Origin: Candidatus Poribacteria bacterium
Lineage (GTDB): Bacteria; Poribacteria; WGA-4E; PCPOR2b
Assembly: GCA_965215015.1 (NCBI GenBank)
Contig: OZ244042.1
Coordinates: 1 to 64,000 of the forward strand
Reading direction: 5' to 3'
Length of the DNA stretch: 64,000 nucleotides
The notes beneath the pieces are model-generated. The model searched no databases and had not been told where the DNA came from. It saw only the letters and a list, made by a program, of their open reading frames with translations. The stretch's first letter is position 1. Every line of letters begins with the position of its first letter. The translations under genes were made by a program, and so were the position numbers. Shown here piece by piece: positions 1-9,293 of the stretch.

Positions 1-105
1 CGCCGGTTCTTTCGTTTTCTTTTTTTTGCGTTCCCCTTCCCCCCGCTTGCGGGGGGACTGAGGGGGGGCATCTTTGTGTTTTATTAAAAGCCGGTAACGA
101 CTTAT
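1..105. repeat. Dispersed REP-containing repeat (core CCCC(T/C)GCTTGCGGGGGGACTGAGGGGGG), truncated by the window edge
   Basis: Near-identical to 44563-44765 and to the 3' part of the 56503-56655 and 56781-56935 units. Confidence 0.85.
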
Positions 106-110
106 CCCCT

Positions 111-1097
111 TTACCAATCTCTCAATACACCGTAGTCAGCAAGCTGAGCAAGGGCATCTCTCGCAGGCGTTTCGGGGAGCACGTTCAGAGCAGATTTCGC
201 GTGGTCGGCATATTCTTGAGCAACTCCACGGCAATGTGCCTGAATCTGATAGTGTTCAAGTAGGGATTCGATCCATTCGATTGCCCCAGCCTCGTCCATT
301 TGTAAACCAAAAATCCGTTCGAGTTCTGTCCTCTCTTCGGTTGTACAGACTTCGCGAGCATAGATCGTCGGAAATGTCAGTTTTCCATCACGCAAATCGT
401 TGAACGGTTCCTTACCCAATGTTTCCCCATCTGCTACAAGGTCAAGAAGATCATCAATAATCTGAAATGCTGCGCCAATAGCTTCTCCATATTCTGTTAA
501 GGCTTGGACGATTTGCGTATCCTGTGTTCCAAGTACCGCGCCCATCACGCACGAGGCGGTGATAAGTTTGCCCGTTTTCAGGTCGATGATTTTTAGATAA
601 TCGTCCTGTGAAATGTCAAAATCTCCATTTTTATAGGCGTGGATGACCTCCCCCTCACACATTGAATGTGTTGCGTCGGAGAGAAGTGCCATCGCGAGAT
701 CATCGGCACGTCGAGCGACAAGCATCGAGAGTACACGAGCATGGAGATAATCCCCAACGAGCACCGCCACTTTATTGCCCCATTTAGAGTGTAATGTTTC
801 ACGTCCCCGCCGGATGGGTGCTTCATCAAGGACATCATCGTGAACGAGCGATGCGACATGAATCAGTTCGACAGTTGCTGCAAGCGTATGGGCATCCTCG
901 CCTTGGTATCCACACGCTTTCGCGGAGAGCAACAACAGGATTGGGCGCAGTCGCTTCCCCCCTCCTTCGACCACGTGCTGAACGGCAAGATCTACAAAAT
1001 CGTAATGACTCGTGGTTCTCTCGCTGAGTTTTTTTTCGACAGCCTCTAGGTCCTCTATAATAAAATGGCAAATTTCACTAAGGCTTGATGTTGGCAT
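111..1097 (-). CDS. ispB: Polyprenyl diphosphate synthase (octaprenyl/heptaprenyl type)
   Basis: GGKRLRP, first Asp-rich motif LVHDDVLD..RRG, KTG, second Asp-rich motif FQIIDDLLD. Confidence 0.85.
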   Translation of the reverse strand: MPTSSLSEICHFIIEDLEAVEKKLSERTTSHYDFVDLAVQHVVEGGGKRLRPILLLLSAKACGYQGEDAHTLAATVELIHVASLVHDDVLDEAPIRRGRETLHSKWGNKVAVLVGDYLHARVLSMLVARRADDLAMALLSDATHSMCEGEVIHAYKNGDFDISQDDYLKIIDLKTGKLITASCVMGAVLGTQDTQIVQALTEYGEAIGAAFQIIDDLLDLVADGETLGKEPFNDLRDGKLTFPTIYAREVCTTEERTELERIFGLQMDEAGAIEWIESLLEHYQIQAHCRGVAQEYADHAKSALNVLPETPARDALAQLADYGVLRDW

Positions 1098-1159
1098 CAG
1101 ATAGGAAACGTGAAACGTTGTGCTCCTTTTTGTTTCTCCGTTTATCTCCCTTCGATATA

Positions 1160-2443
1160 TTAAAGTCTTGACAGCACTTCATCGGCTGCTCGGATTGTTT
1201 GGTCGATATCTACCTCAGAATGTGCCAATGAAACAAAGCCGGTCTCGAACTGAGATGGGGCGACATAAACCTCTTGCTCAAGCAGGTTCCAGAAGTAAGA
1301 TGCGTAGCGTTCGGTGTCCGCGGTCTGCACGCCGGTGTAATCGGTGACCGTTTCATTCGTGAAATAGAACATTAACATCGAACCGACTTGGCTATGCCAA
1401 GTGTCAATTCCGTAGCGTTTGGTCGCTGATTGGAGTCCCTCTGCAAGGGCCGCAGCACGAGCCTCAAGCTGATTATAGACATCAGGCTTGGAAAGTGCTT
1501 TCAGCATTGCGATTCCAGCAGAAACCGCAAGCGGATTGCCCGATAGCGTTCCCGCCTGGTAGACACCGCCGAGTGGAGCGACGCTTTCCATAATCTCTTT
1601 TTTACCGCCGTAAGCACCGACTGGCATCCCGCCTCCGATAATCTTACCAAGGCAGGTCATATCAGGTGTGACCCCGTAGAGAGATTGTGCCCCACCGTAC
1701 GCCACGCGAAATCCGGTAATTACTTCATCGAAAATGAGAAGAATGCCGTGTTCGGCGGTAATCTCGCGCAATTCTTGGAGATAACCATCATGCGGTGGGA
1801 TCACGCCCATATTGCCCGCGATCGGTTCAAGAATCAAGCAGGCAATTTGATCAGGATTAGCTTCAATCACCTCCCGCACAGCATCAGCATCGTTGAATGG
1901 TACAACGAGGGTGTGCCGTGTAAAATCTTCTGGAATGCCGATACACTCAGGAACGCTAAAGGTTGCGACCCCGGAGCCCGCTTCGGCGAGGAGTGAATCA
2001 ACATGCCCGTGATAGCAGCCCGCCATTTTGATGACTTTATCACGCCCGGTGTACCCACGCGCCACACGGATTGCGCTCATCGTGGCTTCCGTGCCGGAGT
2101 TGACCAATCGAACAATCTCGATTGATTGACAGGCGTTGACAATCAGCTCGGCAAGTTCAGTTTCTAACGCCGTTGCTGCTCCGAAACTGGTGCCGTTCTC
2201 TGCCGCTCCTTGAATTGCCTCAAGAATGCTTGGATGTGCATGCCCTAAGATTAGTGGGCCCCATGACGCCAAGTAATCGATATATTCGTTACCGTCGATG
2301 TCATAAACCCTTGAGCCCTTGCCGCGTTGCATGAAAATCGGACTGCCACCCACTTTATTAAAATTTCTGACCGGGCTATTAACGCCGCCGGGGATAAATT
2401 GTTGTGATTTTTGCCATGCTGCTAAGGATTTGGCGTTGTTCAA
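1160..2443 (-). CDS. hemL: Glutamate-1-semialdehyde 2,1-aminomutase
   Basis: PGGVNSPVR, NSGTEATMSAIR, FDEVITGFR, GKIIGGGMPVGAYGG, YQAGTLSGNP. Confidence 0.97.
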   Translation of the reverse strand: MNNAKSLAAWQKSQQFIPGGVNSPVRNFNKVGGSPIFMQRGKGSRVYDIDGNEYIDYLASWGPLILGHAHPSILEAIQGAAENGTSFGAATALETELAELIVNACQSIEIVRLVNSGTEATMSAIRVARGYTGRDKVIKMAGCYHGHVDSLLAEAGSGVATFSVPECIGIPEDFTRHTLVVPFNDADAVREVIEANPDQIACLILEPIAGNMGVIPPHDGYLQELREITAEHGILLIFDEVITGFRVAYGGAQSLYGVTPDMTCLGKIIGGGMPVGAYGGKKEIMESVAPLGGVYQAGTLSGNPLAVSAGIAMLKALSKPDVYNQLEARAAALAEGLQSATKRYGIDTWHSQVGSMLMFYFTNETVTDYTGVQTADTERYASYFWNLLEQEVYVAPSQFETGFVSLAHSEVDIDQTIRAADEVLSRL

Positions 2444-2575
2444 GGTGTCTCACCTCTCGACTTGAAAGATAGTTCATTTTTTCTTAACTGTCTGTGAGTC
2501 CTCCTACAACAGGACTGCGAGACGCTGTGTTTTCCGTTGTAATTCAATCGTATGAGCTGCTAATCTGTTATGGCC

Positions 2576-2978
2576 CTAAAAAAACTGTTTAGCGAGGATT
2601 GCCAAAATTCCTATAATGACAGGAGCGAATAATCCTAAGCTCCATTTCTAAAGTTCCTTCCAACCGATCTATCCGTTGATTCATGTCAGTAAATCTTAAA
2701 TCCATATTGTGCTGAAGGTTATTGTAACGGGCATCCCAATTTTTTTCCAAATCAATGAACCGACGCTCGATAGTTCCAAATCGCTGATCAATCATTTCAA
2801 ATCAGAGGTGCATATCTTCTTGCAACTTGGTTAGATGCTATTCTATCGCGTCCAGTCGCTGTTCTACCCGCCGCTCTATCTTCTCAAAGTGTTGGTCTGT
2901 TGCCTCAAAGCGTCGATCCACAGATTCAAACGGGTGAGGGAGGACCAGGTGTGGGTTGACCATTTCATCTTGAGTCAT
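2576..2978 (-). pseudogene. Degraded coiled-coil protein with C-terminal TM helix (DUF1640/CCDC90-like)
   Basis: Reads ..FESVDRRFEATDQHFEKIERRVEQRLDAIE*HLTKLQEDMHL*FEMIDQRF..RIDRLEGTL, then frameshifts to KWSLGLFAPVIIGILAILAKQFF*; two in-frame stops and two frameshifts. Confidence 0.65.
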
Positions 2979-2981
2979 TTG

Positions 2982-3959
2982 TCATTCTTCAAGCCACTCG
3001 ACAACCGATTTTGCAAAGTAGGTCAAGATTATATCCGCGCCTGCACGCTTAATGCTAGTGAGTACCTCAAGCGCAACCCGCTTTTCGTCGATCCAACCGT
3101 TTTGGCCCGCGGCTTTGATCATCGAGTATTCCCCGCTCACGTTATACGCAGCGACCGGCACCTGGAAATGCGTTTTTACCTGACTGAGCACATCGAGATA
3201 GGACAGCGCAGGCTTGACCATAAGGATATCTGCGCCTTCTTCAATGTCCAGAGCAACCTCCCGCAACGCTTCCTCCACATTTGGGGGATCCATCTGATAC
3301 GCACGCCTATCGCCAAACTGAGGGGCGGATTCCGCAGCCTCCCGGAAGGGTCCGTAAAACGCGGACGCATATTTTGCAGAATACGCCATTATGGGGGTTT
3401 GATCGTATCCATTTTCATCCAACGCCTCTCGGATAGCCCCGACCCGTCCGTCCATCATATCGGATGGAGCGATGATATCTGCGCCGGCGCGAGCGTGCGA
3501 TAGGCTCTCCTTGACCAACAACTCCAACGTTGAATCGTTCAATACCTCCCCTCCATGAATGATGCCGCAATGCCCATGGTCTGTATATTCGCAGAGGCAA
3601 ACATCCGTTATTACGAGCAACTCAGGGACTGCATCTTTGAGGGCTCGCACGGCACGCTGAATGATGCCATCGTCAACGTAGGCTTCGGAGCCGACTGGAT
3701 CTTTGGATTCTGGAATCCCGAATAAGAGGGTGCCCGGAATACGAAGGGCTGCCAACTCCTTTGCTGCCCGAACGAGTCGATCGACCGAGTATTGATAACA
3801 CCCTGGCATCGATGGAATTTCCGATGCAACATCAACGCCGTGGACGACAAACATTGGGTAGATTAGGTCATCGACGGAAAGTTGTGTTTCTCGAACGAGC
3901 CGCCGGAGGTTCTCGTTAGCACGAAGCCGTCTCGGACGATAGATTGGAAAGTGACTCAC
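2982..3959 (-). CDS. hemB: Porphobilinogen synthase (ALA dehydratase)
   Basis: [20 protein letters not shown] (Zn site), [25 protein letters not shown]. Confidence 0.98.
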   Translation of the reverse strand: MSHFPIYRPRRLRANENLRRLVRETQLSVDDLIYPMFVVHGVDVASEIPSMPGCYQYSVDRLVRAAKELAALRIPGTLLFGIPESKDPVGSEAYVDDGIIQRAVRALKDAVPELLVITDVCLCEYTDHGHCGIIHGGEVLNDSTLELLVKESLSHARAGADIIAPSDMMDGRVGAIREALDENGYDQTPIMAYSAKYASAFYGPFREAAESAPQFGDRRAYQMDPPNVEEALREVALDIEEGADILMVKPALSYLDVLSQVKTHFQVPVAAYNVSGEYSMIKAAGQNGWIDEKRVALEVLTSIKRAGADIILTYFAKSVVEWLEE

Positions 3960-3968
3960 AGTTACTCC

Positions 3969-4640
3969 TTATGATCCTTGATGCTCCAAAAAGTAAGAAA
4001 GTCCCTCAAGCTCTATAGATAAATCAACGTTTCTCAGTTTAATATGGTGTGGAACGGTCAAGTGCGCTGGCGCAAAGTTAAGAACCGCTTTGATATCTGC
4101 CGAGATAAGACAGTCAAGCGCACTCTGTGCCGCGTGAAGGGGCACAGCAATGATGCCAATTTCAATCTGCTTGGATTGTACGGTTTCGGGAAGTTCCACA
4201 ATGTTCTGGATTACAACGTTATTGATGACGCGATCCCATTTGCTTGAATCGTTATCGAACGCCGCGACAATCTCAAAATTGTGCTCCCGCAGTACGCGAT
4301 ACCCCAACAAGGCACTCCCCAAGTTGCCGACACCGATGAGCGCAACCTTTCGGGGAACATGAACGCCGAGAATCTTGTCAACAGCACGCTTGAGCGCAGC
4401 AACTTCATAACCAATTCCCCGCTTCCCGAATTGCCCAAAATAGGCTAAGTCCCTTCGGATTTGAGTCGCTGTAAAATCCGTGCGTTCTGACAACTCCTTT
4501 GAAGATACAACCACGACCCCTTCGAGTGCAAGCGTCGCTAAGAGCCGGGAGTACAGGGAGAGGCGATTGATGGTGGCTTCGGAGATGTTTTCATAGTTTA
4601 GAATAAGCGAAATATTTGAGTACATTTGACCTGACCACAA
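3969..4640 (-). CDS. rex: Redox-sensing transcriptional repressor Rex
   Basis: ATINRLSLY, SSKEL, QIRRDLAYFGQFGKRGIGY, IGVGNLG, LNFAP; start codon uncertain. Confidence 0.95.
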   Translation of the reverse strand: MWSGQMYSNISLILNYENISEATINRLSLYSRLLATLALEGVVVVSSKELSERTDFTATQIRRDLAYFGQFGKRGIGYEVAALKRAVDKILGVHVPRKVALIGVGNLGSALLGYRVLREHNFEIVAAFDNDSSKWDRVINNVVIQNIVELPETVQSKQIEIGIIAVPLHAAQSALDCLISADIKAVLNFAPAHLTVPHHIKLRNVDLSIELEGLSYFLEHQGS

Positions 4641-4810
4641 GCTACGTAAAAAATCGATACATTATAACCGATCTCCATACAAAGCGCAAGGAAAAGCAGG
4701 AGAGCTATAGAGACATTTAGTTCTCTATGTAGGAGGGATTTTCAAATCCCGACACTCGGTGCATTAGTTCATTGGTTCATTAGTCGGGCAAGATATCCGG
4801 ACTACGGGAA

Positions 4811-5291
4811 ATTGAAAGTCTTGTATTCAGCATAATCACCGTTATTCTTATCATAGCAGGTTGTAGCCACGAACATGAACTACTGCCCCATGAACATGCT
4901 CACGAGCATAAGTTACTATCTCATGACCACGAGCATGAGCATAAACACGAGCATCCGTTTCTCCCTAAGGATCTATCACATTCATGTTTTTTACCGCTTG
5001 TTAGCGGATCGCTAACAGGCGGAGAATGTTGAAGATCTTGCGGAGATTGTTCGCATTTCAAGTGGCGTCATTGAGAAGCTATACAAATCCTACCCGTATG
5101 AAGGGCAAGTGATTATAGAGTTTTCCCAAGTGCCACGCCATACGCAAGTTACGGCATGGGTGGACACAGGCGGGCATGAAGTCCGATGGGAACAAAACCA
5201 TCGAACCGTGACGATTTATTTTCACTCGAGGAATCAACACAAAAAAGTCAGTGGCTTTATACCAGTGGGAAAGTGGACGCAAACACTTTGA
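4811..5291 (+). pseudogene. His-rich lipoprotein gene interrupted by a 64-bp insertion
   Basis: SLVFSIITVILIIAG-C lipobox then SHEHELLPHEHAHEH..HDHEHEHKHEHP; removing the 64 bp between the two GATCT copies joins it in frame to ORF 5109..5291; no clean in-frame ATG. Confidence 0.65.
4970..5038 (+). mobile_element. GATC-flanked mini-element, copy A
   Basis: GATCTATCACATTCATGTTTTTTACCGCTTGTTAG..CTAACAGGCGGAGAATGTTGAAGATCT; imperfect ~14-bp TIRs; homologous to copies B and C. Confidence 0.75.
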
Positions 5292-5313
5292 CATTCGCAT
5301 CGATAAGCAGAAA

Positions 5314-5403
5314 GATCTATAACATTCCGACTTGTCAGGTGACTGTTAGGGCAAGCCCTAACAGAGGCCTAACAAGCGGTTAAAAACATGGATGTGGTAG
5401 ATC
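5314..5403 (-). mobile_element. GATC-flanked mini-element, copy B (nested hairpin)
   Basis: Reverse complement GATCTACCACATCCATGTTTTTAACCGCTTGTTAGG..CCTGACAAGTCGGAATGTTATAGATC with inner TGTTAGGGCTTGCCCTAACA. Confidence 0.8.
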
Positions 5404-5438
5404 CTTGTCACCACCCAACTCAACAATTACCAGATGCG

Positions 5439-5546
5439 CTTGTGAGGGCCTTGTCGCCGTAAGGCTTCAAGGCGCCTAACAGACATAAAGAAGGGGTATC
5501 CAAGGCAGATTGTGAGCCATACGGCTGACAAAGCCAAGGATACCCC
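5439..5546. repeat. Two compound hairpins related to the TTGTTAG..CTAACAA family
   Basis: CTTGTGAGGG..CCTAACAG (5439-5482) and GGGGTATCC..TTGTGAGCC-ATAC-GGCTGACAA..GGATACCCC (5493-5546). Confidence 0.6.
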
Positions 5547-5627
5547 CAGTTTCATTTTATCGGGATTGATTGTTATGGCAAACCATCAGGCGGTTGATCA
5601 TCGGGAGGCGTATGACCTCTTGGCGCA

Positions 5628-6629
5628 TCACGGGAAGCGGCCCCCCCGACGCTCCTGCTCAAGACGCTCCTGCTCAAATCGACGAGCAGCCTCAGGGGCA
5701 GACTCCCGCAGGCGACGAAGCCCTTCCTCTGTGCCATACCGGTCTATCAACTGTTGCGCTTTATCAGAAAGTTGAGGGCCATACAAATGCGCTGAGGTCT
5801 GTATCCTTTCAACTATCCCTTTATCCCTTTCTTCTGCTTGATCAACAATTCTTTTCTCTTGATCGGATAACGAAAAATCTAGTTCCCCTTGGGCAACTTT
5901 TTTCTCAATATCAGCCATTGAGATACTGTTTGCTTTAGACCACTCGAATTTTTGTTCATACTCTGCACGTTCATACGGGGCTTCTATTGAATAATACTCT
6001 TCGGGCGGATAATAATTAACACCATCTATCGTTACTGAAAATATTTTAGGCCCCTTGGCTGGCACGGATGGGGATAATGCTAGCGAATTAATTTCTCCTG
6101 GTAAAATTGCATCACCCTCTTCATACTGCTGATTCCGAGGGACAACCACCTGGTGCAGCTTTCCATCAGGTGTTACGACACGCTGTTTTACAAACTCGGA
6201 GGAAGATTTTATCTTCTGAAATGCCTCCTGCACGGGGGGGGACATTTTTCCAGTCTTAAGCCACTCATGAATCACTAAATCTTCTTGGCTCAAAGGTCTA
6301 TCAGAGTAAAGGGGTACCCCATTTACCTCATAAACGTACTCCTCGTTCCCGTCCATTGTCGGGAAGTGTGAATGGGGTGAAGATTTATCCGTCCCTGGCG
6401 AGTTCAAGTGAGGATGAGAGTAGTGCTTATCATCCGCGTTGCTGTGTGTGTGGGCTTTGGAAGCTAGGGCGTTTTGACCGTTAACAGCTCGATTTAACGA
6501 TTGAGCGTCCGAGATCCAACGCTCAAATTCAACGTGCCTTTGGTAAGCCTTATAGCCAATATAAGAGAGAAAGAGAAATGTGACTAAACAAACTCCGATA
6601 ATGTAGGGAACGAAACGACGTTTTAACAT
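5628..6629 (-). CDS. Hypothetical membrane-anchored protein
   Basis: N-terminal TM helix, His-rich linker, C-terminal LIDRYGTEEGLRRLRE motif; RBS AAGGAG upstream. Confidence 0.8.
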   Translation of the reverse strand: MLKRRFVPYIIGVCLVTFLFLSYIGYKAYQRHVEFERWISDAQSLNRAVNGQNALASKAHTHSNADDKHYSHPHLNSPGTDKSSPHSHFPTMDGNEEYVYEVNGVPLYSDRPLSQEDLVIHEWLKTGKMSPPVQEAFQKIKSSSEFVKQRVVTPDGKLHQVVVPRNQQYEEGDAILPGEINSLALSPSVPAKGPKIFSVTIDGVNYYPPEEYYSIEAPYERAEYEQKFEWSKANSISMADIEKKVAQGELDFSLSDQEKRIVDQAEERDKGIVERIQTSAHLYGPQLSDKAQQLIDRYGTEEGLRRLRESAPEAARRFEQERLEQERRGGRFP

Positions 6630-6755
6630 TAGATTTTTCTCCTTACAGGACAGGTTTGAAATAGAACACCTTTAACCGCCTCACTAGTTTGAGTCACAAT
6701 AGTCGCACCACCACGGCACTTGGCTAGCTCGGGGTCCGTTCATAAGCCCTGTATT

Positions 6756-7730
6756 TTACCCCAATTTATACCTGTATCGTGCCACAGCCCCCTTCCCCGC
6801 TTCTTTGACCCGTGCGTAATGAGCGGGCATCTGAGGAGATTTCCATCGCCCCGCTTGTTGCATCTCCACGACCGACGCACCCGCTTGGGCGAGCGACACC
6901 GCAGCACCGACACGAAGGGAATGACCACTGATAAAGCCATCAATGCCCGCTCTGCTTGCCCATTGCTTGATAGTGTAGCGCGCCCCATTGACCGTCAGGC
7001 GTATTTGTTGGATATGATCGCCCCGCACGATGCGACGGAACAACGCCCCGCCCGGGGCGGCAGACGTCTGCCGCCCCGGGGTAAGACCCGTTCTGGTACA
7101 GTAGAACCTTATCAGCTGCATTGTCCGATCCCCGATATACAACGCTACACCCTCGCCTTGTTGATCCGTCTTACTCGACTGGACGATTAAGGCGTTTTCT
7201 TGGATATCTTCGACGTTGACCGCCACCGCTTCAGAGATTCGCAACAGGCAATCACTCATGAGCCGAATCAATGCAGAATCCCGATAGCCCTTGATACTCT
7301 GCTCTTGCTCTGCGAACCTGCACACGAAATCGACATCCGCCCACGAAAGACCGTCGACTTGACCATTGCCCCTGTTCTCAGTATCCCGCTTAATCGTGAT
7401 CAGCCGTTTATCAGTGGTTGTCCATTTTGCAGGACTTCTCATGATGTGCTTGAAATACCACTTGACCGAAGCGACAGTAAGTGAGAGCGTGGCTGGCGAT
7501 AGACCATCGGCGTCCAGTTGCGAGATACACAAGGCGAGCGATTCATCCGTTAGATCTTCAACCACCACGCCACGGCGAGAAAGCCGTTTATACGCCTTCT
7601 GGTAAGCCATCTTGGTGTTTTCCGATAGCGCATCCCACGCCACAGCGATACGGATGCGCCCCTTTTCATCCAGCTCGTGGCGGCAGACAGAGTTAACAAT
7701 AGTGTTATGCTTGACTGCTAATGGATTCAT
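6756..7730 (-). CDS. Cre-like tyrosine recombinase 1
   Basis: RDSALIRLMSDCLLRISE (R), SKTDQ (K), GHSLRVG (HxxR), GRWKS (Trp in place of the second His, as in Cre), HYAR (Y); RBS AAAGGAG. Confidence 0.92.
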   Translation of the reverse strand: MNPLAVKHNTIVNSVCRHELDEKGRIRIAVAWDALSENTKMAYQKAYKRLSRRGVVVEDLTDESLALCISQLDADGLSPATLSLTVASVKWYFKHIMRSPAKWTTTDKRLITIKRDTENRGNGQVDGLSWADVDFVCRFAEQEQSIKGYRDSALIRLMSDCLLRISEAVAVNVEDIQENALIVQSSKTDQQGEGVALYIGDRTMQLIRFYCTRTGLTPGRQTSAAPGGALFRRIVRGDHIQQIRLTVNGARYTIKQWASRAGIDGFISGHSLRVGAAVSLAQAGASVVEMQQAGRWKSPQMPAHYARVKEAGKGAVARYRYKLG

Positions 7731-7813
7731 GATGGTCTCCTTTGGAATTTGTCAACATTCAAAGCCTGTGCGGTTCAGAACTAGAAGGTGCAGGGGTTCA
7801 AATGACCCCCCTA

Positions 7814-7880
7814 AATCCTGAAAATCTTCAAATCCTGACGCTTGTTAGGCAAAGCCTAACAAGCCATCCTGATTCAGACA
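7814..7880. repeat. AATCCTG..ATCCTGATTCAGACA repeat containing a GCTTGTTAGGC-AAA-GCCTAACAAGC hairpin (7840-7864)
   Basis: Same ATCC(T/G)TGATTC(A/T)GACA-like end at ~19915, ~38196, 51216, 51358 and ~51866; 11-bp perfect stem. Confidence 0.8.
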
Positions 7881-7917
7881 GTTAGAATAATATCTGTAGG
7901 TAAGTTTCGTTACACAC

Positions 7918-7948
7918 ATTATAACACGATAACACGAAAAGAACGCAA
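7918..7948 (-). promoter_or_regulatory. Putative promoter of recombinase 1 (extended -10 TGTTATAAT) overlapped by ATAACACG direct repeats
   Basis: attata at 7918-7923; ATAACACG twice within 7921-7936, a possible RHH operator. Confidence 0.45.
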
Positions 7949-8043
7949 TTGCAAGCGATTTCCACCACTAATTTTCATGCTATTTTTAGTTGTCGACGAC
8001 ACCGAAATGTGATATACTTATATAAGAGTGAAAGAGACGGGAG

Positions 8044-8250
8044 GTGATTGCATTGTTGAAGAAAAAGAAGTGGGTAACGACTTCAATCGTGATTGAACAA
8101 AATCAGATGGACAAAATCACGGAAGCCGCTGAACTCTTTGATGTGCCGAAAATCAAAATCATTCGAGAGTGCTTTCGAGCCGAACTGCCACGCATGATCG
8201 ACCGTGAACGGAAGCGACAACGGCGGACGGACAAATCTCAGGACAGATGA
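8044..8250 (+). CDS. Small ribbon-helix-helix-like DNA-binding protein
   Basis: Beta strand VTTSIVIE, then helices QMDKITEAAELFDVPKIKIIRECF; divergent from the recombinase; RBS GGAGG. Confidence 0.6.
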   Translation: MIALLKKKKWVTTSIVIEQNQMDKITEAAELFDVPKIKIIRECFRAELPRMIDRERKRQRRTDKSQDR

Positions 8251-8342
8251 AACCGGGCCACGCTTGAACGCAATAGCCACGCACCTTCAAGCGATATGGG
8301 CGAAACGACAAAACGCGTGGACAAAAGAAAGGAAACTCAACA

Positions 8343-8685
8343 AATGGACTTTGCAGGCTGGAGCCCAAGCCACCTGATACTGGTAGTATTCGCCATCGTT
8401 GCGTTCATTGGGCATGTAGCGATTATGTTCTACCGCATTGGGCAGAACGATAAGAAGATAGACAAACTGGGTGAGACATTCTTTCACGCCTTAGAACGCC
8501 TCGAAGATCGGATAGACAAACGATTATCAGATATGCAAGCCGAAACCAATCAGCGTTTGTCAGATATGCAAGCCGAAACCAATCAGCGTTTTACTGAGAT
8601 GAATCAGCGCCTATCAGACATAGAAGCGAGCATCCGACAACTTAACCAGAACCACATCGATCACTTAACACAACATGACCCATAA
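8343..8685 (+). CDS. Small N-terminal TM plus coiled-coil protein with an 11-aa tandem repeat
   Basis: Within ORF 8296..8685, likely start MDFAGW near 8344; SDMQAETNQR(L/F) twice from a 33-bp DNA duplication at ~8527-8592. Confidence 0.75.
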
Positions 8686-8686
8686 A

Positions 8687-8780
8687 GATCTACCACATTC
8701 ATGTTTTTAACCGCTTGTTAGGCAGATTGTTAGGTGATACCTAACAATCCCAGCCCTAACAAGTCCAAATGTTATAGATC
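8687..8780 (+). mobile_element. GATC-flanked mini-element, copy C (nested hairpin)
   Basis: GATCTACCACATTCATGTTTTTAACCGCTTGTTAGG-CAG-ATTGTTAGGTGATACCTAACAAT-CCCAGC-CCTAACAAGTCCAAATGTTATAGATC. Confidence 0.8.
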
Positions 8781-8795
8781 TTGGAGGTAAGCATT

Positions 8796-8982
8796 ATGAC
8801 CGAGCACAAAGAGCCTTCTTTCGTGCATATCGGCTTCAAAGCGAACAAGACTGGTGGGTCCCGAAGCCGCTATGACGAACTCTAGAGATAGACTCTGGGA
8901 AACCATGCAACAAAACGATGATGAACACAAGAAACGGACACAACAAGCCATCAACAACTTTATGAAAAGGAGCACACGATGA
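8796..8982 (+). other. Two overlapping micro-ORFs (8796-8885, 29 aa; 8872-8982, 36 aa) or one frameshifted small gene
   Basis: GGAGGT RBS before ATG 8796; the second ORF stop overlaps the start of the Sel1 ORF (ATGA). Confidence 0.4.
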
Positions 8983-9242
8983 GGACGATGAGCATGAGAG
9001 ATACTCTCAACGACTGGCTACCCGCATTGCTCAAGGCAGCCGAACAGGGATGCACCGATTCAATGGGCATACTTGGATTTATGTATACCGATGGCTTTGG
9101 CGTAGAAAAGGACGAAGCCAAAGGTAGATACTGGTTTGAACGAGAAAAGAACTCGCCACAACTCAGTGATTCCGAACTCGATAGACTTGATAAAGAAAAT
9201 CCGTGGATGACGGACACCGCCACACCCGCCCCAAAGGTGTGA
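8979..9242 (+). CDS. Single Sel1-like repeat protein
   Basis: KAAEQGCTDSMGILGFMYTDGFGVEKDEAKGRYWF fits the Sel1 consensus. Confidence 0.8.
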   Translation: MRTMSMRDTLNDWLPALLKAAEQGCTDSMGILGFMYTDGFGVEKDEAKGRYWFEREKNSPQLSDSELDRLDKENPWMTDTATPAPKV

Positions 9243-9272
9243 AAAATGACTTCGAGCCTTCTGGTTTGCTGG

Positions 9273-9293
9273 CTGTTAGGCTTTGCCTAACAG
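9273..9293. repeat. CTGTTAGGC-TTT-GCCTAACAG hairpin, inverted copy of the 7840 site; may act as a bidirectional terminator
   Basis: Perfect 9-bp stem between convergent genes. Confidence 0.7.

Noticed and set aside
6756-9242. Prophage or phage satellite
   Set aside because: No structural, primase or packaging genes, and no att direct repeats or tRNA target seen
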